Positions 55,006-63,293 of a DNA stretch of 64,000 nucleotides are shown piece after piece (position 1 is the stretch's first letter; every line of letters starts with the position of its first letter). This DNA comes from an uncultured Clostridia bacterium (GTDB taxonomy: Bacteria; Bacillota; Clostridia; Christensenellales; UBA1242): assembly GCA_937893125.1 (NCBI GenBank), contig CALBHW010000059.1:17838-81837 (forward strand). Direction: 5' to 3'. The position numbers were made by a program, and so were the translations under genes. The notes under the pieces were generated by a model. That model saw only the letters and a program-made list of their open reading frames with translations. It had not been told where the DNA came from and did not search any database.

Positions 55006-55037
55006 TTAAGTATCAATAAAAAAAATAAGGAGAAAAA

Positions 55038-55799
55038 ATGGACACCTATAAAGTTGTTTTACTTGACGAAAGTTTGGTAGAAAGAACCAATTACAAAGAA
55101 GCCTTTATGAAGGACGGCAATTTTGAGATTGTCGGAGAAGCAACAGACGGACAAAAGGGGCTCGAAATCATAAAACGCGGACAACCAAATTTGATTGTTA
55201 TGGATTTGGTGCTTGAAAGTTTTGATGGCTTTGAACTCTTGGAAAAACTTAAAGAAGAGAAGGTTGACTCAAAAATCTTTGTAGTTTCGTCGCTTAAAAA
55301 CGACGGATTTATTCAAAAGGCGGTTGACCTTGGAGCATCATATTATATGGTGAAACCAACAATTTCCGATTTGCTTGTCAAACGCGCAAGAGAGTTGTTT
55401 GAAAATCCGGTTTCGGAAAGAGATTTATCTATACAAAAGAACGCCAAAGTGCGCGCAATTGAAGAAAAATTAAGTAATATTTTCATCACAATTGGCATCC
55501 CAGCGCACATTAAAGGCTACCAATTTTTAAGGGAAGCAATTAAACTTGCTATGAAAGAGCCAAGCATAATAAATTCCATCACAGGAGAGTTGTATCCATC
55601 CATAGCGACTCAATTTTCCACAAGTGCGAGCAAGGTCGAGCGGGCAATAAGGCATGCAATAGAGGTCGCGTGGAATCGCGGAAAAATTGAAAATATCAAT
55701 TCAATTTTTGGAATCCAAATTTACAACGCGAACGAAAAGCCAACAAACGGCGAGTTTATTGCACTTGTTGCGGATAAAATGCTCTTTGAAGGGGCGTAG
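55038..55799 (+). CDS. spo0A: Stage 0 sporulation master regulator Spo0A
   Basis: RBS AAGGAG. The receiver domain has the phospho-acceptor context NLIVMDLVL. The Spo0A-specific C-terminal domain reads GIPAHIKGYQFLREAI...SKVERAIRHAIEVAWNRG...KPTNGEFIALVADKM. Confidence 0.95.
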   Translation: MDTYKVVLLDESLVERTNYKEAFMKDGNFEIVGEATDGQKGLEIIKRGQPNLIVMDLVLESFDGFELLEKLKEEKVDSKIFVVSSLKNDGFIQKAVDLGASYYMVKPTISDLLVKRARELFENPVSERDLSIQKNAKVRAIEEKLSNIFITIGIPAHIKGYQFLREAIKLAMKEPSIINSITGELYPSIATQFSTSASKVERAIRHAIEVAWNRGKIENINSIFGIQIYNANEKPTNGEFIALVADKMLFEGA

Positions 55800-55847
55800 A
55801 AAAATGCAAAAATGGGAACATTTTTGACCTAGTAAAAACACAAAATG

Positions 55848-55878
55848 AAAGGGTAGTTAAAATTAACTATCCTTTTTT
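55848..55878 (+). terminator. Rho-independent terminator after spo0A
   Basis: 8-bp stem GGGTAGTT / AACTATCC with one G-U pair, followed by T6. Confidence 0.65.
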
Positions 55879-56255
55879 ATGCTTGAAATGATGGGCTTAA
55901 AAAATATGAAAGGGGAAAATAGTTGCATAAATTAAAATATGCCTAAATTCGTAAAATTGAGTTATAAAATATACCAGTACGATTTAAAAAAAGGAAAACA
56001 AGGTGTAGTAAATTGCCATTTAAGGTATTTTAAAATAAAATCCCAGTTAATTTTTGATTTCTTTTATGTCGCAAATTTATAGGACTTTTTTCTTTAAAAA
56101 TGCCTTAAAAAAGAACAAAAAGTATGTAAAAAGCATATTTAAAATAAAAAAATAAAAAAATTTCAAAAAAGACAATTTTTTTTGTTAAAATTGCTTGTCT
56201 AATTTGTAATTATGTGCTACTTTTTCGTTGTAACATTATTACAAATGGAGTTGTT

Positions 56256-56738
56256 ATGAAAAATCAAACCTATATCAGATGCCCTAGATGTGAACTAAAT
56301 TATATTCTAAAAAAAGATAAATTTTGCAATGTTTGCAAAATGGAAATGAAAGCGCTTGGCACTTTGGGTGCAGAAGAAAATACTGACCTTGAAATTTGCC
56401 CAATTTGCAAGACAAATTACATTGGACCTGACGAAGAAATGTGCGCGTCGTGTGCGAGAGAACGCGAATTCGAGGAAAACGAGGACGAAAAGGGAGAAGA
56501 TGGACTTTGGAACAACTTTACTCCACTTGCTGACGACGACCCTGTTTATGACGATAAAGATGATGATGACGACCTTGAATCCCTTGAAGGATTAGATGAC
56601 ACGGGGATTTCAGGCGATGACGATATGGACTTATCTCTTGACGACGAGGACGAAGAAAGCCTTGATGAAGACGAAGATGGCGAAGACGATTTAGACGGCG
56701 ACTTTGACGAGACTGACGACGAAGATGACGAAGAATAA
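56256..56738 (+). CDS. Double zinc-ribbon protein with a long poly-acidic C-terminal tail, hypothetical
   Basis: Start moved to ATG 56256, which has a GGAG RBS 7 nt upstream. Two CxxC...CxxC units: CPRCELNYILKKDKFCNVC and CPICKTNYIGPDEEMCASC. The C-terminal ~90 aa are dominated by D/E (DDDPVYDDKDDDDDLESLEGLDD...DEDEDGEDDLDGDFDETDDEDDEE). Confidence 0.7.
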   Translation: MKNQTYIRCPRCELNYILKKDKFCNVCKMEMKALGTLGAEENTDLEICPICKTNYIGPDEEMCASCAREREFEENEDEKGEDGLWNNFTPLADDDPVYDDKDDDDDLESLEGLDDTGISGDDDMDLSLDDEDEESLDEDEDGEDDLDGDFDETDDEDDEE

Positions 56739-57174
56739 TCTTTAAATATTTATATATAGACATCATATTAAATATTTATTTTCAAATTTTAATTATTTTA
56801 ACTAGTAGTGCAAATAGTTAACTCTTTTGCATCCTTTTAGATGTGTCTAAAACTTTAAAAAGAAAATAAATTCAATTTTCGCGTCAACTTATTTGTTTTC
56901 TTGATTGTGCCCATCCTTTTTTCTTTTGTTATTTTAACTAAACTAAAATAAATTGAATGATTTGTTAAACAAGCTCAAAACGTGTGCCAGTGCGTTCACG
57001 AGGCAAATTCTTGTTTTTAAATAGCCATTGGTTTTGCTGTCGTTTTAGATGCCGACACGATTTTTGGCTTTTTAAAAGATAAAGTATTTTGTAATGTTTT
57101 GAACTGTGTCTCATGCTCAATAAATTTTGATTAAAAACTTTTCTTTTGGCAAAAATTGCTTTAAGGAGAGTTAT

Positions 57175-57417
57175 ATGAGAAAGGGGATATTAAACTTAAA
57201 CGAGATTAAGGATAAGATTTTGGCAATTAAGGGCAAAGATATAGACATTACAATAAACCGCGGACGAAAAAAATATGACAGATTTAGCGGGGTGGTCGAG
57301 AATATTTATCCATCTGTTTTTACCGTCAAAATTTTTAATGATAGACAACTTAAAAATGTAACTTGCTCGTATTCCGATGTTTTATGCGGTGATGTCCTTA
57401 TAAGCGAAAAAATGTAG
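57175..57417 (+). CDS. veg: Veg protein (biofilm/sporulation-associated small protein)
   Basis: Start set at ATG 57175, preceded by AAGGAGAG. The sequence LNEIKDKILAIKGKDIDITINRGRKKYDRFSGVVENIYPSVFTVKI matches the Veg family. Confidence 0.88.
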   Translation: MRKGILNLNEIKDKILAIKGKDIDITINRGRKKYDRFSGVVENIYPSVFTVKIFNDRQLKNVTCSYSDVLCGDVLISEKM

Positions 57418-57542
57418 AAAAAGGTTTACATTTCTAAAAAAAATCTAAAATTTTATCATAAAAATGAAAATTGCTTTGTATTCATATATCAAATGAACAA
57501 AAGGCAATTTTTTTAATGCTTTTTGGCTAAGGGGGTAGAATT

Positions 57543-59054
57543 TTGGAAAATACTGACAAACTTGACGTAGCCACAAGAACAAAATTAGGAGAGACACAAG
57601 TCAGAACTTCTGTGTCAGTGAACTTTGTGGGCGACGCCAAAATTACAAAGGTATTGACTGCTAGTGTTAGACCCGTTGTTTCGAATGTGGTCAGCGCGTC
57701 GGGGGCGGTCAGATTTGACGGCGAGATTTGCTATGATTTTATGGTCGTCTTAGAAAATGGCGAAGTGGCGCCTTATAGCGAGAGAGCAAAATTTGAAGGT
57801 AGCATAGAAGACTCTCTTGTAAAAGAGGGAATGCCTGTTAGTTTAGCCTTTCATGTGGTTGAAGTAAACAGTACGCAAAATGGCGAATATGCGTCGGTTG
57901 TGGAGTTTACGGCATACATTGTTGAAACAAATTCCGACCTTGCGTGCGCTGTTCCGCCAGAAGGTGTTATGACTCGCGAAGAAGAAATTTGTTTTGACTC
58001 ACTTGTCGCAAACGGGGAATATGAAGGCTCGACTACAATTGACATCCAAAAGGATAACAAGGTTAGCAAAATCCTTTTTGTACGCAGTTTTGCGTCTATT
58101 AAGTCAATTTTGCCTTCAAATGACTACTTTGCAATAACGGGCGATATTTACACAACGATTGTCACTCAATCAGAAGAAGGGCAAATTAAGACAACAACGC
58201 GCGAAACGTCATTTAGTGAAGAAGTCGAAGCAAAAGGCGTGAATAAGGATTCAAATATTCAAGCAAACATTCATATGCTTGAAACGACTGTTAGTGAAAA
58301 TGCTGAAGGTAATACATTTATTTTTGACCTTCCATATTCTATTAGTTTTACGGCGTACAATAGAAACCAAACTAAATGTGTATGTGACGCGTACAGTTTG
58401 ACAAATGAAGTTAATTTGACTACATCTTCTCTCGTTAAAGACGATTTTTCGACAACCAAACTTGCCGAAGAAAATTTGCTTACAAACTTTACTCTTTCAA
58501 ATGACATTGTGTCAATTGACAAAATTTTGGCGGTTGTGCCACTAAATTTGCAAATTGTAAATTATGACATAAAATGTAATGAAACATTGGTCGAAGGCAT
58601 TGCGAGCGTCAACATCGTTTATAACCACGAAGACGACGATGGAAATAACATCTTAAATTCGGTTGATATTGAGGTCCCATATTCTGTCAACTTTGGAACT
58701 ATGGACACAAAAGAAACTGATAGCGTGAGACTTGCACTTTCGTTTGGAGACATAAATGTAAAGGCTAGACACGGTAGAGAGCTCGAAATTCTTTGCGAAC
58801 TCAAACTTAATTATTCTATTGCAAGTCAAAACATTTCAACTGTTACAACTGAAATTACTTTAGGCGAAGAAAAACCGCCAAAAGATTGCGCTCTAGAAAT
58901 ATATGTCGCAAGAGAAGAAGAAACATTATGGGATGTTGCTAAAAAACTTAATATCACTATTGCTGACCTTTTATCTCAAAATGGAGAGTTGTCTCTTCCG
59001 CTAAAAGACGGTCAAAAAATCATTGCATATAATAGGCTTACGCAAGATTATTAA
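57543..59054 (+). CDS. SipL/SpoVID-like spore-coat morphogenetic protein candidate (DUF3794/SPOCS-like repeats + C-terminal LysM)
   Basis: TTG start with an AAGGGGG RBS. Clear C-terminal LysM domain (LEIYVAREEETLWDVAKKLNITIADLLSQNGELSLPLKDGQKIIAYN). The N-terminal ~440 aa beta-rich repeats resemble DUF3794. Location next to veg fits. Confidence 0.65.
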   Translation: MENTDKLDVATRTKLGETQVRTSVSVNFVGDAKITKVLTASVRPVVSNVVSASGAVRFDGEICYDFMVVLENGEVAPYSERAKFEGSIEDSLVKEGMPVSLAFHVVEVNSTQNGEYASVVEFTAYIVETNSDLACAVPPEGVMTREEEICFDSLVANGEYEGSTTIDIQKDNKVSKILFVRSFASIKSILPSNDYFAITGDIYTTIVTQSEEGQIKTTTRETSFSEEVEAKGVNKDSNIQANIHMLETTVSENAEGNTFIFDLPYSISFTAYNRNQTKCVCDAYSLTNEVNLTTSSLVKDDFSTTKLAEENLLTNFTLSNDIVSIDKILAVVPLNLQIVNYDIKCNETLVEGIASVNIVYNHEDDDGNNILNSVDIEVPYSVNFGTMDTKETDSVRLALSFGDINVKARHGRELEILCELKLNYSIASQNISTVTTEITLGEEKPPKDCALEIYVAREEETLWDVAKKLNITIADLLSQNGELSLPLKDGQKIIAYNRLTQDY

Positions 59055-59293
59055 AAAAGGCTGAAAATTGTTTAAAACCGCTTTAAAAGCATACAAGTGG
59101 ACGCTTTTTAGAAAAAAATAAAAAATGAAAATGGCGTTTTTAGAAAATGAAGAGTTATATGTTTTTTAAAACAAAACAAGTAAATTCCTTAAAAATCACC
59201 AAAAAATGCCTTTTAAGACCTTTTTATAAAGGTAAGCACTAAAATAGTTTAAAAATAAAAATATGGTCAATAATTTTTTCGTAGGGAGTTAAA

Positions 59294-59818
59294 ATGAAAA
59301 AGTTTATTGCCATATTTTTTTGTTTATTTTTGGTGGGTGGGTTGATTTTTTTAGGAACAAGAGAAACAGAATCGAGTCACACAGAATATTTAAGGATACA
59401 TATTAGAGCGGATAGTAATAGTGCCGTCGACCAAGATATAAAATATATAATTAAGGACCAAATTGTGGACTTTTTGACCCCAGTTATATCTTCTTGCACG
59501 ACAAAAGACGAGTTTGAAGAAAAAATAAATCAAAATTTATCACAAATTACACGAATAGCAAACGAAATTCTTGCACACAATAACCTTGATTATAGAAGTT
59601 CGGCAAAACTCACGAATGAATATTTCCCAGTTAGAACCTATGGGAATTTGACATTGGATAGCGGATATTATGACGCGCTCATAGTTAATCTTGGTTCGGG
59701 GAAGGGAGACAATTGGTGGTGTGTTGTCTATCCACCGTTGTGTTTTGTAAATTCAAATACGACCTATGTCTATAAAAGCCGACTTCTAGAAACTATAAGA
59801 AAGTTTTTTGGAGGGTAA
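59294..59818 (+). CDS. spoIIR: Stage II sporulation protein R (SpoIIR)
   Basis: N-terminal signal/TM segment. Motifs YLRIHIRADSNSAVDQDIKYIIKD and GKGDNWWCVVYPPLCF are characteristic of SpoIIR. Confidence 0.9.
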   Translation: MKKFIAIFFCLFLVGGLIFLGTRETESSHTEYLRIHIRADSNSAVDQDIKYIIKDQIVDFLTPVISSCTTKDEFEEKINQNLSQITRIANEILAHNNLDYRSSAKLTNEYFPVRTYGNLTLDSGYYDALIVNLGSGKGDNWWCVVYPPLCFVNSNTTYVYKSRLLETIRKFFGG

Positions 59819-60490
59819 ATGAAAAGGTATTTGTTGGTCTTGTGTATGTGTTTGCTACTTATTGTGGGTGTGTCGTTTGCTGTGACATCATATCTTTTGC
59901 CACAAACTAGCCCAGTTGTCACCTATACCGCAACGACATCAGAAAACAAGGCAATTCAGAAAAAATTAAAACAACTTGGTTACTACAAAGGAAAAATCGA
60001 CGGCATAATCGGTTCGCAAAGTTTGAAGGCAATTAAAAAATTTCAAAAGGATTATGGCTTGAAAGTCGACGGAATTGTAGGTAAAAACACGGCTAAGGCG
60101 CTTGGAATAACCATTTCATCGTCAAACACAAAGCAATCATCGTCCGACCTTTATCTTCTTGCGAAGTGTGTCCACGCTGAAGCGCGCGGAGAGCCTTACG
60201 TGGGGAAAGTTGCTGTTGCTGCGGTTATTTTAAATAGGGTAAAAAGTTCTCAATTTCCGAACACAATTGCTGGCGTAATCTATCAGCCTTACGCTTTTAC
60301 GGCGGTAACTGACGGGCAAATTAACCTTGAACCAGACAAATCAGCTTACAACGCGGCGCGTGACGCTATGAACGGATGGGACCCAACCTATGGAAGTTTG
60401 TTTTACTACAATCCAGCCAAAACGACGAGCAAGTGGATTTATTCTAGGCAGGTTGTGACGACTATTGGCGACCACGTCTTTGCACTTTAA
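59819..60490 (+). CDS. sleB: Spore cortex-lytic enzyme SleB-like (PG_binding_1 + cell-wall hydrolase domain)
   Basis: Signal sequence, peptidoglycan-binding repeat IQKKLKQLGYYKGKIDGIIGSQSLKAIKKFQKDYGLKVDGIVGKNT, and hydrolase core LLAKCVHAEARGEPYVGKVAVAAVILNRV...AGVIYQPYAFTAV. It is followed by ypeB. Confidence 0.88.
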   Translation: MKRYLLVLCMCLLLIVGVSFAVTSYLLPQTSPVVTYTATTSENKAIQKKLKQLGYYKGKIDGIIGSQSLKAIKKFQKDYGLKVDGIVGKNTAKALGITISSSNTKQSSSDLYLLAKCVHAEARGEPYVGKVAVAAVILNRVKSSQFPNTIAGVIYQPYAFTAVTDGQINLEPDKSAYNAARDAMNGWDPTYGSLFYYNPAKTTSKWIYSRQVVTTIGDHVFAL

Positions 60491-60502
60491 AAGGAGTTTA
60501 AA

Positions 60503-61909
60503 ATGAAAAAAGCATTTATAATAACTGTTTCAATTTTAAGCGTTGTAATCGTGGGACTAATTGTTGCTCTTTCACTTACAACGACTAATTTGACATCGAC
60601 TTCGGCGAGTTTAGAAAGCATTTATCAAAGAAATTTCTATGATTTGGTTGCAAATGTTAATAATATGGAAGTTGAAGTGAGCAAGCTTATGGTCTCAAAT
60701 GACTCCACAAGTCAACAGAAAATTTTGAGTAATCTAAAACAGCAATCAAGTGACGCGGAAGGGACTTTAAGTTATCTTCCAGTGTCGAGTGATGTTCTTA
60801 TGGAAACAACCCAATTTATGAATAAACTAAACGGATATTGTTCGTCGCTTATAACTTACAAACAAGGAAAAATTGAAGATGAAGATTATGTCGCGTTGTC
60901 GCAAGTTATGAAAAGTATTGCAAGCATAAAACAAGAATTAAATTCCGTTATGGAAAAAATAATGATGGGTTATAGAATCTCTGACAATTTGGGCGGTCAA
61001 GGCGTCGAAAATGATAATTTTAGCGCAAATTTCTCTTCTTTTTCAAACGACACAATTGCATACCCAAGTTTAATTTATGATGGACCATTCTCGGATAGCC
61101 TTAATAACAAATCAATTAAGGGGCTTGTGGGCGAAAATATTTCGCAAGAGCAAGCGACTTTAAAAGTACAAGAAATTTATGGCAATAACGCAGAAATTTC
61201 CTTCAAAAACGAAACGAAGGGGCGTTTTGAAACTTATGACTATCAAGTTAAGTTAAATGATAAGACCTATTTTGTTCAAATTACCAAAAAGGGCGGATTT
61301 TTATTGACTGTAAGTGCAAATGTTACGGAGCCATCTCAATCAAATGAGCAAGCACAATCGGGGACTGATAGTGGAAGTAAGCCTAGTACGGATGTTGATG
61401 AAAGTATAAAAATAAGTCAAATTGATGCAAAAACTTCGGCAAATGACCGCGCAATTGATTTGGCAACCAAGTTCGCAAAAGAAAGAGGTCTTAAAGATAT
61501 GGAATGCGTATGGTCGGCGAGTTCAAATAAAACGGCATATGTCAACCTTGCACCTGTTATTGATGATATAATTATGTATCCTGACCTAATTAAGGTAAAA
61601 GTTGATTTGACGGATGAAACAATAGTAGGTTGGGAAGCGTCAAGTTACGCATATAACCATGTTGAAAGGGAAGATTTGGTCGCGACGTTAAGTTCTACAG
61701 ACGCAAAAAAGAAAGTTAGTTCAAATTTAACTATTGATGACCAAAAATTGTGCGTTATACCGCTAGACTTTGTCGGTGAAACATTGGCGTATGAATTCTC
61801 GGGAGACTACGAAGGCTATAAATATTATTTGTATATCGACGCGTATACGGGCGACCAAGTAAGAGTCCTTAGAGTCATCCAAACAAACGAAGGCGAGCTT
61901 GTTTTGTAA
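60503..61909 (+). CDS. ypeB: Germination protein YpeB
   Basis: RBS AAGGAG. N-terminal TM helix, YpeB-type N-domain (LESIYQRNFYDLVANVNNMEVEVSKL) and C-terminal PepSY-like repeats. Position after sleB is conserved. Confidence 0.85.
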   Translation: MKKAFIITVSILSVVIVGLIVALSLTTTNLTSTSASLESIYQRNFYDLVANVNNMEVEVSKLMVSNDSTSQQKILSNLKQQSSDAEGTLSYLPVSSDVLMETTQFMNKLNGYCSSLITYKQGKIEDEDYVALSQVMKSIASIKQELNSVMEKIMMGYRISDNLGGQGVENDNFSANFSSFSNDTIAYPSLIYDGPFSDSLNNKSIKGLVGENISQEQATLKVQEIYGNNAEISFKNETKGRFETYDYQVKLNDKTYFVQITKKGGFLLTVSANVTEPSQSNEQAQSGTDSGSKPSTDVDESIKISQIDAKTSANDRAIDLATKFAKERGLKDMECVWSASSNKTAYVNLAPVIDDIIMYPDLIKVKVDLTDETIVGWEASSYAYNHVEREDLVATLSSTDAKKKVSSNLTIDDQKLCVIPLDFVGETLAYEFSGDYEGYKYYLYIDAYTGDQVRVLRVIQTNEGELVL

Positions 61910-61940
61910 AAAATTTTCAAAACAACTAAATAATGGATAA

Positions 61941-61976
61941 AAAATCCTGTTTTACGGTGTAAAGCGGGGTTTTTTG
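61941..61976 (+). terminator. Rho-independent terminator after ypeB
   Basis: 10-bp stem CCTGTTTTAC / GTAAAGCGGG with two G-U pairs and a 3-nt loop, followed by a T-run. The flanking A-run can extend the stem. Confidence 0.65.
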
Positions 61977-62159
61977 TGTTAAAATATGAAAAAATTGTAG
62001 AAAAAAAGAAGATAGAGAACTCAAATCACCTAAAAAATTCGAGTTTTTCTTAATTTAAAAAATTTTTTTTGATTTTATTTTGAAAAATTTTCAAAATAAT
62101 TATTGCTTTACTTTTTTTTTGATGTAGTTTATACTATCCTTAACTAGGGGTGACAAATA

Positions 62160-63293
62160 GTGGAAAATTTAAACGAAGCATCTATGAGACATCTTAGCAT
62201 CTTTGCTTTGCGTGATATAGCGCGTAATGTCGGTGTTAAATGCCCAACAGTACTAAAAAAAGAGCAACTTATTGACCAAATTATGAAAATAATGTCGGGA
62301 GAAATCGTCCCTGAAATTCCAAAAAGTAGACAAGGGCGACCACCTAAAAATAGGGCAAAAATCACAGTCTCGAAAGAAGATGAAGATTTAAACGCTATTT
62401 TTAACGATAAGGAAGTTAAAATTGAGTTTAGTCCAGAAGAAGCAAAATGGCTTTTTTGTGACAATGCGGAAAAAAGTGGCATTTATGATAATAAATTTGA
62501 CTTTCGTGATGGTGAAGGGTATGTTAACTTTGTAAATGATAGACTTTATGTCTTTCCTTTTGAAAACAATTATGGTCGTGATTACGCGATTCTTTTACCA
62601 AAAGCGGTTGAACCAACGCCAGCTTTAAGGTCGGGGGACTTGGTTAAGTGCTTGTATAAGTATTCGGAAAATTGTCGATTTATGGTTTGTAACAAAATCA
62701 AGAATATGCCTGAATTCGAAGCGGAAAGACCATTTTTTGATAGTATTAAGCGTATTATTCCAACTAAACCTATCGAAATTTTGTCTAAAAAGGTCAAACT
62801 TGGGGACAAAATCATTGTAAAAGTCAACAATTTTAGTGATTATCCTGATGCCGTGAAAAAAATCAATTCACAAGTTAAAGATTGTACTGTCTTAAATCTT
62901 GTTCTTGACTCGCTTGTTGAAGATGATTATTCGGAAGTTGAAACAATGCGTTCATATGCGGGTGACTCGACAAGTAAAAACACAATGATTGTTAAACTCG
63001 CAACCGACAGAGTTAAAAGGCTTGTCGAAGAAGGCAAAAATGTTGTCCTTTGTATTAACGAACTTTTAAAAATTGTTAAATTTCAAAATTATTTGTATGG
63101 CTATGATTATGGTTCGGTTAGGACGAGTTCTTTTTCAAGTGTTTTAAGTTTAATTAAACTTGCTGGTGCTTACGAAAATGGTGCAACGGTTACTATTTTT
63201 GCAATCGTTAAAAATGATAAAGTTTCGCAATGTGGCGATTATCTTTTAAACGAACTAGAGAATATGAATTGCAAAATTTACGAAGAATATTGA
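62160..63293 (+). CDS. Rho-derived protein lacking the P-loop (Rho_N + degenerate OB + degenerate RecA-like core, C-terminally short)
   Basis: GTG start with AGGGGTG upstream. The Rho N-terminal SAP-like helix pair reads LSIFALRDIARNVGVKCPTVLKKEQLIDQIMKI. By-eye collinearity with E. coli Rho: KRLVEEGKNVVLCINELLKIV aligns with [21 protein letters not shown], and NGATVTIFAIV aligns with GGSLTIIATAL. There is no GxxxxGK[ST] anywhere. At the Walker-A position the sequence is KLGDKIIVKVNNFSDYP. Confidence 0.55.
   Translation: MENLNEASMRHLSIFALRDIARNVGVKCPTVLKKEQLIDQIMKIMSGEIVPEIPKSRQGRPPKNRAKITVSKEDEDLNAIFNDKEVKIEFSPEEAKWLFCDNAEKSGIYDNKFDFRDGEGYVNFVNDRLYVFPFENNYGRDYAILLPKAVEPTPALRSGDLVKCLYKYSENCRFMVCNKIKNMPEFEAERPFFDSIKRIIPTKPIEILSKKVKLGDKIIVKVNNFSDYPDAVKKINSQVKDCTVLNLVLDSLVEDDYSEVETMRSYAGDSTSKNTMIVKLATDRVKRLVEEGKNVVLCINELLKIVKFQNYLYGYDYGSVRTSSFSSVLSLIKLAGAYENGATVTIFAIVKNDKVSQCGDYLLNELENMNCKIYEEY

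Noticed and set aside
56356-56766. Alternative-frame ORFs (79 aa on the + strand, 82 aa on the - strand) over the acidic-tail gene
   Set aside because: They are frame shadows of the GAT/GAA/GAC-rich region; Arg/His/Gln-rich translations are the expected artefact.
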